Under the pieces are notes generated by a model that saw nothing but the letters and a program-made list of their open reading frames with translations, did not search any database and was not told the DNA's origin. From positions 640,001-704,000 of the forward strand of contig CM000207.1 of NCBI GenBank assembly GCA_000002445.1: a DNA stretch of 64,000 nt, written 5' to 3'. Below, in pieces: positions 10,510 to 19,204 of the stretch (its first letter is position 1; each line of letters starts with the position of its first letter). The translations under genes were made by a program, and so were the position numbers. Source of the stretch: Trypanosoma brucei. Its lineage: Eukaryota.

Positions 10510-11271
10510 ATGCCGACCGGTGCCGCCAGGCTGAATTTCCTTCAGATAAAGGAGCAGCAGCAGCTGAACCGCGAACGCCTCCGAGAAGCAGCAGTAGAGG
10601 AACAGCGTGCCAAGGAGGCTCTGTGTCGCCAGAAGGAGCAGTACAGCCACGTGCAGTCCCATGGGTATGGGCGAGTTGTCGGTAAACCCGCCAGCGACGT
10701 GCAGATAAAAGTGTATATACGCGAGTGCGATGGTGAAAGGGCGCAATGTCATACTTTTATGGAGAGTGAAGCTATGAGACACAATGCTAGCTGCAAGCAA
10801 GAAGGGAAGCCAAGGCCTGCACAACCTCCTAGGCAAAAGGTGCAGAAGCTGCCCCCCGTTGCTGCGCCGCCACAAAAGAAACAGGAGCACACTCAACAGC
10901 AACAACAGCGGTTGTCAGGCCCAGCCAATGCATCCGACACCCAACGGGGAATCGTGCCAAAATACTTACTGCAGCGGAAGGCTGAGCTGGCAGCACAGAA
11001 GGAGGCCACGCAACGTGAAGCAGAACGACAGAGGGAAATAGCCAGATATCCCCCGGGGCATCGTCTCGTAAGCGAGGAAGAAAGGAAGGAAACACTTGAA
11101 AAGCTTGCCGCTAGGCGACGCGAGTTGGAAATGGAACTTCACAAAATTCCCATCCGCTATGATACACAATCAATCAAGGAAAGGAGGTCGAAGATAGAAA
11201 ACGAGCTGAGTGAAATTGAGGCTGCGGAGCGAAAGTTTGGTTCAGCAAAGGAGCTCTTCGTTCCCATATAG
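10510..11271 (+). CDS. Enkurin-domain protein (probable flagellar/ciliary), 253 aa
   Basis: ATG 10510. C-terminal ~100 aa match the enkurin pattern: GIVPKYLLQRKAEL...PPGHRLVSEEERKETLEKLAARRRELEMELHKIPIRYDTQSIKERRSKIENELSEIEAAERKF (cf. enkurin VPKYL...EEERQEIL...DT...R). Confidence 0.6.
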   Translation: MPTGAARLNFLQIKEQQQLNRERLREAAVEEQRAKEALCRQKEQYSHVQSHGYGRVVGKPASDVQIKVYIRECDGERAQCHTFMESEAMRHNASCKQEGKPRPAQPPRQKVQKLPPVAAPPQKKQEHTQQQQQRLSGPANASDTQRGIVPKYLLQRKAELAAQKEATQREAERQREIARYPPGHRLVSEEERKETLEKLAARRRELEMELHKIPIRYDTQSIKERRSKIENELSEIEAAERKFGSAKELFVPI

Positions 11272-13125
11272 GTTCGAAACGATAGACAATGCGTATAGAT
11301 TTGTATATGAACAGGGGCTTTCCCTCTCGTCGTATCCACGACTGCCTCCAATGTACCCGGTAAGGGAACACAATTTTTGGTTATTTCACTGTTGTGGAGC
11401 GGCGCCATTTAGTTCGAAAATGTTCTCCCCCCCTGAATAAAATGCATGCATGTGTTAGCTGTAGTACCTCTCTCGTTATATTTTGGAATTTACAAGCGCA
11501 GACTTACGACCACCACCCGGAGCTTCCGTTTGCTATCATTCTGCGATGTGCATGCAACAACGGGCTTGCGATGCGTCACGTGTTGATATTGTCTCAACGG
11601 CTCAACTCTCTGGGTCCCTTTTTTCCACCACTGCAGCAAGTAGTTTTATGTCCTTGATTAACAGGAATCATGGGGCCACACCCTCTTTCCCACTCCCGCA
11701 CCGTTGAGTCGTTTCTGCAAGCTTGTTACGAACACTCTGTAGACAAACAAAGGGTGGTATGTAAACGTATATATGTACCCCGGGAGCGCGTGCTCGTCGA
11801 GATTCGGTGACGGATGGAGGTATCGCAGCTAACCAGTGGCGTTGTGTTCCCTTAGCGGGGGGCAAAGTAAAACATCACCGCGAGAGGTGGTTGGACTCGA
11901 GGTAGCTGGGGAGGCGCGGCGCTGGAAAAAAAAGAGATCGTAGTTTGAAGGAGGGGGTGCAGTGGACACGGCAGGTTCGGCGAGAGAGTTGGGTCCCTTA
12001 TTCCGTGTGGAAGAAAGGGAAGACTCTCAAATTGTTGTCACTACCTCCGTAATTATGCATCGGGACATTGCTGGGTTCACTAACACCGTCATTTTCCTCG
12101 GGCCAGGCTCAAAGAAAAGGGGGGGGTCGGAGATACGGTTGACGATAGCACTTGGCGGCAATTGTTTTGCAGGTTGCACAGCTAGTCAGCTTGGGTCCTG
12201 ACGTGATGTGGAAGTGTGTCCCTTTTGTCTGCCACCGGCGTGAGGTCTCAACGTGACCTCGGCAGCCGTAACCGTAGAAGTGGGCGAATCGGGTGGAAGT
12301 TCCGAGTACTTTTGTCGTTTCGCGGGTTCACTACAAGGGACAGGATTCGACGTCCGCGGGTTCGCTTCTCGTCGTGTCCTGCTGTTTTGCTCAAACGATC
12401 TTTTTCCTACGGGTTCACAAGGTTGGCTGTTGCCACTCCGTAGCTACCAGGAACGTCTGTTGCGTTAATGAAACTTCTATGCACCTTTGCGATGCAGAAG
12501 CTGAGGTGAATTGGCTTTGGATCTGGTTACGATCGTAACCCACCAAGGTGCCCGGTTGTACGTCGGCTGATTGCGCATCTGCGTCCCCGTCATTTACCTA
12601 GAGTTACTGTGTTACGTGAAAAAAAGAGAGCTGTAGTTTGTGCCCCTGCTGCGCGATGAATGAGGGAGCTTCCCGGATGGAGAAAGTATCGAGTGCAGCG
12701 CCAGTTGGAGGGGAGGGAAAACCTCATGATTTTGTTCATCCATTGAGAATACTTGTGCCGTAATAAATGCTCACGTTTTTTCGCCCCTCACTACGGAGTT
12801 TTTCATACTTCACTGCTGTTGATGTCCTTTGTCCGACTGTTTGTTGTTCTCGGCACCCATATTACGCGCGGTGGTGTCTATACTGTAACTGAGCCATGCA
12901 GAGGTGCAATTCATCACCTTGCAACTGGCTAATGTCCTCACCTTATCCACCCCGTCATCTCCCGTAGCCTTTGTTTTGCTCGTTCACCTGGACAAGGGCC
13001 GGCGGCTTCCTCTTAAAGTGAAACAAGTTGTAAAAAAAAAAAGTGATTGTATAACTCTTTGAAACTCAACTTTCTCTTTTGGCTGTGAAAGAAGGTCGTG
13101 CGCAGTGTTCTTTCAAACTTTAACC

Positions 13126-16100
13126 ATGGCCACATCTCTTGTGCAGTTGTATTGCTACGACCTCAGCGGAGGGATGGCGGAGTCCATGAGCCTCATGTTG
13201 ATTGGGCGCCATTTGGAAGCAATATGGCACACTGGAATTGTTGTGTATGGAAAGGAGTACTATTTTGACGGCGGGGTTGGCATTGTTCACTCCTCACCCG
13301 GTGGATCTCACTTTGGCACGCCAAAACGGGTAGAAACACTCGGTACAACAACGAAAGGCGAAGGCGAGTTTCTTGAATGGGTTAAGCAGCGAAGGCTTGA
13401 TACATTTGGCCCAACACACTACAATCTCCTTAACCGAAATTGTAACCACTTCACGCAAGCGGCAGCGCAGTTTCTCGTAGAGCGTGACATTCCTAGTGAA
13501 ATCCGCGATATGATTCCCACTGTGCTGGATACTCCCCTTGGCCGCATGCTTAAACCCATGCTGGAAATGGCCACCAGAGGCTTGGAAGCATCCGCAAAGA
13601 CATCACAACTTTCTACTTCACCGCGGAAGAAAGTATCAAACACCACTGAAACGCCCACTGTGAGTGATTCCTCTACCTCCCTCGACGTTGCAACTGGCCT
13701 GAACTCGGAGAAATCTCATCTCTCAGTGGAGGAGCATGAAGAAGTAATGCTTGTCCGTGCGATGCTGCAGAGTAATGAATTGCTCTCGTCAGGGACGCGG
13801 GAAGGCTTTAACACGACGATGGGAGCACTTATCCTGCTTCGGATGGTCATAACAAATATCCTGAGGAATCCAACTCAACTCAAGTACAGGACGCTTTCTA
13901 CTCAAGATAAGGAGTATAAGTCGAAAATAGCACCTCTGGAAGAGTTTGGTGCAGCCGATATACTGCGTCTCTGTGGGTTCCGTCTGTTGCAGCACCCGAC
14001 GTTGAATCAAGCTGTGTGGTTCCTGAGTGATGCGGACGGCAGTGAAGATGTTCTGGCCATAATGGTGACCCACATCACCGAGTTGATTGAGTTGGTGGAA
14101 AGTGAGTATCAATCAGAGTTTTGCGCAGTAGAGGGAGATCCAAATATAGGGACTTTCCATAAAGAAAAATACCCAGTTCCCCCCCTTACGTCAAACGCGA
14201 GTGATCCAGGGGACAGGGCAATGGAGGTCATAATGCACGACGCTGTGAAACCTATCTCTTCGCTTGAAGACTTGATGAATTGGTCCCCTACATCACCTGG
14301 AGCAATTACCCCAGCAGCGCCGTGTCGCCGCCGCGTGCAGGCCAGTGTGGAAGATGGTCCGAGGCTTTTAATTTGCCATGACATGAAGGGTGGTTATCTT
14401 CCAACTGACTACGAGCACTTCGCTGTCTGTAATAGACTGATGAAGGGTGCATCAGCTCTCGTCCCGTCGGTGGTGAATTGTAGCTATACGGTGAGTTACT
14501 GGCATCATGTGGACTACTTTGTTTACTTTTCGCACAACTTCGTTACGGTTCCCCCAAAGGAGTGGATCAGCTACGCCCACCGCGAGGGGGTTCCAGCCCT
14601 TGGAACGTTTATTACCGAAGGCGAAAGCTTAACTCTTCGCAAGATTCTACATGATGCCCAAAGTTCGGCGTCCACCATTAGGAAGTTGGTGGATTTATGT
14701 GATGCACACAACTTTGATGGATACCTTATGAATATCGAAACAAATTTAGATGAAACCCTTGCAAAGCGCTTGATAACGTTCGTGGCTACGTTAAAGAAAT
14801 CCCTCAACAAATCGCGACCGCCTAACTCTGGGGAGCGCTTTGTATTCTGGTACGATGCTGTCACTGTGGAGGGAATCGTTTCGTATCAGAACGGTCTAAC
14901 GTCCAAGAATAAGCCCTTTTTTGATGTCTGCAACGGCTTGTTCACAAACTATGGCTGGAGACCGTACAGTCTCCCTTTATCCACTGCGATTGCGGGGCAA
15001 AGAAATCGCGATGTGTTTGTTGGTGTTGACATATTTGGCCGTGGTGTCTACGGAGGCGGAGGATACGATAGCCATAAAGCTGCAGACTGTGCATCTGGTG
15101 CAAAGCTTTCCATTGCCATTTTCGCGCCTGGTTGGACTTCTGAATGCGTAGGAAATGGCTGTCGCGAAAATTTTCAGCGTAACGACGCGCACATGTGGAG
15201 TAAAATGCAGGATATATGGACTACCAAGTATCTTGAGTTGGACACTTTGCCGGTATGGACGTGCTTCCTTGACGAAGTTGGAACACAATTCTTCGTGAAT
15301 GGAGCTCCCGTTTTGGGTTGCGTTTCCAATCAAAATAGCCTTGGAAGCGGTGTAAAGTGCAGTAATGATGACACTGATTTTTTTTTCCCTGAGTGGTGCC
15401 AAATTTCACAGACACACATAAAGCCTTGTTACAAGCTGGTGCGCGGTGGGGCGGAGGGGGATCCATGGTGTGTGCTGCCGTTCGAAGTGGTGGGTAAAGA
15501 TGGGTGCCACACCAATAAAGATGGACAGACTGTGCCCCTCGATTGGTCGACAAAACAGGTGTGGATGGGTAACCGTAGCATGAGCTTCGCCGCTCCGCCA
15601 AACGCTACCGTTCCACTTATGCGATGGAAGGTACGTCTTGAAGTCGGAGCAGCTGACGGTGAGAAGACGTCCGACGCGCTGGCGTTCCTTGACATTGCCT
15701 GGTTGTGTAACGCCGTAGATGCGCAAGCGCACTCCGTGCGCTGCGTGTGTGTCGAGGGTGTAAATGGCTCTTCCACGACACGGGTCGTGTTTGACGAGCA
15801 GCTTGCATCCCCAGAGAGAATAATTGTCGTAGCAACTGTGGGAAATTGGCAGATTGTTCGTTACGTAATTCCGGACAACGTTACATGGACGCACGTCACT
15901 TGTTTGTCGATACTAAACCCCTCTGAGAATGAATCACTTGTTTGCACTGTGGGTGGCGTTGCCCTGACTGAGCCGACATACGATAATTCCACCAGTGTGT
16001 TGCTTTTGGGGGATGCACAAATCTTGCCCTCAACTTCGTATACGGTGGACAAAACATCAGACCCAACCACATGCGTAGTCACACTTGACGTGCCGAATGA

Positions 16101-16281
16101 ACTGAGAAAAAAATCAAACAAGGTCATTCTGTTCGCGAAAATTGGGTTTCCGGGTGGAAAACTTCTGAGTGCGTACTTGGGAACGCATGAGATATCGAAG
16201 CAAATTCTGTTACCGTTGAATATACCGTCTGATGCTTTTGTTTACGAAATGTTCTTCTATGGATCAGCTTCTGGAAACTAA
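13126..16281 (+). CDS. Three-domain protein: N-terminal PPPDE (DeSI-type) cysteine peptidase + PUB (p97/VCP-binding) domain + GH85 endo-beta-N-acetylglucosaminidase (ENGase), 1051 aa
   Basis: First ATG 13126 (track start 13105 is GTG). PPPDE: HTGIVVYGKEYYFDGG (His) and YNLLNRNCNHFTQ (Cys). PUB: TMGALILLRMVITNILRNPTQLKYRTLSTQDKEYKSKIAPLEEFGAADILRLCGF. GH85: LLICHDMKGGYLPTD, WHHVDYFVYFSHNFV, FDGYLMNIETN (catalytic N-x-E). Confidence 0.85.
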   Translation: MATSLVQLYCYDLSGGMAESMSLMLIGRHLEAIWHTGIVVYGKEYYFDGGVGIVHSSPGGSHFGTPKRVETLGTTTKGEGEFLEWVKQRRLDTFGPTHYNLLNRNCNHFTQAAAQFLVERDIPSEIRDMIPTVLDTPLGRMLKPMLEMATRGLEASAKTSQLSTSPRKKVSNTTETPTVSDSSTSLDVATGLNSEKSHLSVEEHEEVMLVRAMLQSNELLSSGTREGFNTTMGALILLRMVITNILRNPTQLKYRTLSTQDKEYKSKIAPLEEFGAADILRLCGFRLLQHPTLNQAVWFLSDADGSEDVLAIMVTHITELIELVESEYQSEFCAVEGDPNIGTFHKEKYPVPPLTSNASDPGDRAMEVIMHDAVKPISSLEDLMNWSPTSPGAITPAAPCRRRVQASVEDGPRLLICHDMKGGYLPTDYEHFAVCNRLMKGASALVPSVVNCSYTVSYWHHVDYFVYFSHNFVTVPPKEWISYAHREGVPALGTFITEGESLTLRKILHDAQSSASTIRKLVDLCDAHNFDGYLMNIETNLDETLAKRLITFVATLKKSLNKSRPPNSGERFVFWYDAVTVEGIVSYQNGLTSKNKPFFDVCNGLFTNYGWRPYSLPLSTAIAGQRNRDVFVGVDIFGRGVYGGGGYDSHKAADCASGAKLSIAIFAPGWTSECVGNGCRENFQRNDAHMWSKMQDIWTTKYLELDTLPVWTCFLDEVGTQFFVNGAPVLGCVSNQNSLGSGVKCSNDDTDFFFPEWCQISQTHIKPCYKLVRGGAEGDPWCVLPFEVVGKDGCHTNKDGQTVPLDWSTKQVWMGNRSMSFAAPPNATVPLMRWKVRLEVGAADGEKTSDALAFLDIAWLCNAVDAQAHSVRCVCVEGVNGSSTTRVVFDEQLASPERIIVVATVGNWQIVRYVIPDNVTWTHVTCLSILNPSENESLVCTVGGVALTEPTYDNSTSVLLLGDAQILPSTSYTVDKTSDPTTCVVTLDVPNELRKKSNKVILFAKIGFPGGKLLSAYLGTHEISKQILLPLNIPSDAFVYEMFFYGSASGN

Positions 16282-16707
16282 AAGGAGCTCGTCCGAAGGT
16301 GAAAAGTTGAAGATACAAATTGACTTGTGCAGGCACCCTTTTTAATTTCTGTTCCCCTCATTCCAATGCAGGTTTCTTTTTACCACATTAATTCTACTTA
16401 TCGCTTCTTTCTTGCTGCTTGAGAGCTTGTAACCTCACTGGGCGTCATGACACTGTTACCATGCAACGGAGGGTGGTAAAAATGTTTCACAGCCTTTTTC
16501 TTTCTGTGTCAACCTTTTTTCTCTGGTTTCTTCGGAGTAAACGTCAACGGCTTGTACGCAGAGAGTCACGACTTGCACGGGATTTCTTTTTGGCGTACTG
16601 TCCACGGAAAGTTTCGTGTGGTTGGAAGGGTGAGTAAACCGTGTCGTGGCGGTTTTGCTCCAACTCTTTTCTCTTCATTCTTAGTAGCTTGCTGCTTACT
16701 CCGCTGT

Positions 16708-17088
16708 ATGTTGCGCATCCGCCGAACAGCCTTCAGCTTCCTTGGAGGGTTTGCGATCGCTGACTTCTACGTAAATTGCACGAATCTTGATGATATACAA
16801 AACGAACTGGGTGTGCAGGGCGTTGAGCGTGTTGCGAGTCCCAATTATTTTTCTTGGATATTCCGTTCCACACCTGTGAAACCGCAACAACCCGCATTTG
16901 GCTCGACGCTGCGTGAAGACGTCGAGTTGCTGTTCCAGAAGTCTCCCCTCTCCGGAGCGGCCCTGGTTTTCACAGCGGTGTCACTTGGAGGCATTTGGTC
17001 ATTGCTTGGTTCCTGCGCGGCTGTTGTGCTTGATGGGGATGAGGGTAGCGAGCGCTACGATGCTCTGAAGCGTTGGCTGAATGGATAG
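16708..17088 (+). CDS. Small hypothetical protein (~126 aa), weakly supported
   Basis: Track ORF 16552..17088 starts at TTG; first ATG 16708. No recognisable domain; same strand as neighbours. Confidence 0.25.
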   Translation: MLRIRRTAFSFLGGFAIADFYVNCTNLDDIQNELGVQGVERVASPNYFSWIFRSTPVKPQQPAFGSTLREDVELLFQKSPLSGAALVFTAVSLGGIWSLLGSCAAVVLDGDEGSERYDALKRWLNG

Positions 17089-17530
17089 GCTCGCCGTTAG
17101 TGAAGACGGTGTACTCTGGTGCCTGTGTTTGTGGTGACAATTCGCTGTTTCTAAAGCTACGAAACGAACTGGCTTGTTTGGTGGGTGTGGTATCTGCTAT
17201 TGTTCTTTGTGAATACGTGTTTGTCAATTACAAAATTTGGGTTTGGTGGTAGCTATGGAGTGGTAAATTATAATGGCGGTATTAATGGCAGCAGTGAAGT
17301 TGAAAATAACCTTGATGCGTTCTATTCCCTTCGTGTTTTCCCCATTTATTTGACTACCTCGCTCCTTTAATCAACGCTTTGTGCAGAGAAGCCGCACAAC
17401 GGTCTTCTAGGAAGTTGAAGTGCCTCCGTGTGCATTAAACAGTGGAGCCGGTAGAGGGGAGTAATACCGGGAGCACCTGTAGTTCCATTTGTTGTTGGTA
17501 TCTGGGCGGGTGCTGTCTCCGTCCCTGTCT

Positions 17531-18487
17531 ATGGCAATCGTCGGGGACTCGTTAAATAAGAGGCGCAACTACACCGTCTGCGGTCTTGTTAGCAACCCGT
17601 TGTTCCAGAAGTGCGCGGAGGTCGCTCAGTATGTGGCAGAAGAGTACAGTGATGAATTTTATGTAGATATATTCCGTGAGATGCCTTGCGAGTTCTACAG
17701 TCGTAGAGAGCAGCTGTTAAACAGTAAGAAGATAGAGGACGGTGGAATGGAGGTCATCGTCCTTGTGGGCGCCGATGGGCACACCGGCCCCACCAACGGA
17801 GAGGGCGAGGCAATGTCCGGGGATGACTTCCTGAACATGATGCAGAAGGCAACTTGCTTTCGAGTTCTTAACATCCCACCCGAGAGACCTGACTCTTACG
17901 AAAATATGGCGCATCTTTCGTGGAAGAATTACCTTCGGGAGCGGGGGAACACTTACTGCTGGATGGAAATAAGCATTGGTGAGATGGTCCACGGGCGCGT
18001 TACGTTTGAACTTTACTCGCGCGTAGTGCCCCACACCTGCAGCAACTTCTGGCACCTCTGTAAGGGCGACCTGAGTCGGGATGCGGACGAGGGAGAAGAG
18101 CAGGTGCCAATACTAAGCTACAAAAATTCAACCTTCTTCCGCACTTTGCATGGAGCGTGGGTGATGGGCGGTGACATCAGTGGAGGGAATGGTCGGGGTG
18201 GATATTCCATTTACGGTCGTTACTTCCCGAATGAGTCTTATGCCATTCCCCACGATAGGGTTGGGGTGCTTGGAATGTGCAATGACGGCGGAGACACCAA
18301 CGCATCTTCTTTTTACATCACAATGAAGGCCATGCAATGGATGAACGGCCGCTACGTGGCGTTTGGCCGTGTGGTCGACGGCTTGGAAGTCGTACATGCT
18401 ATCCACGCAGTAGATGTAAAACACAATCAGTGTCCGAAAAAGGTGATAACCATAAGTGACTGCGGTGTGATTGACCTTACAGAGTGA
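17531..18487 (+). CDS. Cyclophilin-type peptidyl-prolyl cis-trans isomerase with ~150-aa N-terminal extension, 318 aa
   Basis: First ATG 17531 (track start is TTG). C-terminal cyclophilin fold: VTFELYSRVVPHTCSNFWHLC, FFRTLHGAWVMGGDISGGNGRGGYSIYGRYFPNE, LGMCNDGGDTNASSFYIT, WMNGRYVAFGRVVDG. Confidence 0.85.
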   Translation: MAIVGDSLNKRRNYTVCGLVSNPLFQKCAEVAQYVAEEYSDEFYVDIFREMPCEFYSRREQLLNSKKIEDGGMEVIVLVGADGHTGPTNGEGEAMSGDDFLNMMQKATCFRVLNIPPERPDSYENMAHLSWKNYLRERGNTYCWMEISIGEMVHGRVTFELYSRVVPHTCSNFWHLCKGDLSRDADEGEEQVPILSYKNSTFFRTLHGAWVMGGDISGGNGRGGYSIYGRYFPNESYAIPHDRVGVLGMCNDGGDTNASSFYITMKAMQWMNGRYVAFGRVVDGLEVVHAIHAVDVKHNQCPKKVITISDCGVIDLTE

Positions 18488-19204
18488 TTAGAGGTGCTTT
18501 AGAAACTGTAGACGGGGAAAGTGAGATAGGGAAAAGATGGGAGTGTTGTTATGCGGAGAATTTCTTTGACAGCCTTCGTCCTGACCCGGCTTGCCAAGCT
18601 TTTCATTTTCTCATCTAATGTGCATGTCTTGGAAATCGCTCTCGGTTGGCGGCCCGTCCTTTCTAAACTTCTTCTTTTCACGTGCTTCAACCCCCCCTTT
18701 CTGTCCCTTCCTGGCTTCATGCTCACACAGGGTCGACGGCCCTCTTGTACATAAAGCGTCACGGGTGGAACTAATGTGTTTCTTTCTTTGAGCAGGTTTG
18801 TCAACTGTTGCGTCCCCTCTGGGAGGTGGAAACTGCAGAAAGCCATCAGAAGGAGAAGGGACAATGGACGAGAGTGCGGGGGGGGGGGAGAAATAAAAGT
18901 GTGTATGCGCAATGAGGCGGATAGAAGGACTGAAAAGGGATCCATTGGGGAAGGGGGCATCGTTTACTGTTTCCACGGAGTGATGTAAACCTCACAAGAT
19001 ACTTTGGGTCTTGTGTGTGGGAGCGTATGTATAAATAACTCGATTGGTGGCACATTCAGCAGGTCCACTACTATTAATCGCAGGGTGATTTATCCTGTTC
19101 ACACAACGCGCCCCTTACTCTCGTTCCCTTGCCTACCAACCCCATCTTTTCGTTTTTTTGCGTGTGCACCGCACGCGCGGAAGTCCTTCTTTTGCATTAC
19201 CGGG

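Noticed and set aside
19004-19204. N-terminal extensions of track ORFs (also 13105, 33509, 34882, 44395, 6354, 8174, 17489, 38416, 42458, 57688, 16552, 27146, 30413)
   Set aside because: The ORF track uses TTG/GTG/CTG as starts and prints them as M. Inspection of the first codon shows these are not ATG, and several extensions run through polypyrimidine/microsatellite tracts or overlap the upstream gene. CDSs were re-anchored to the first in-frame ATG.
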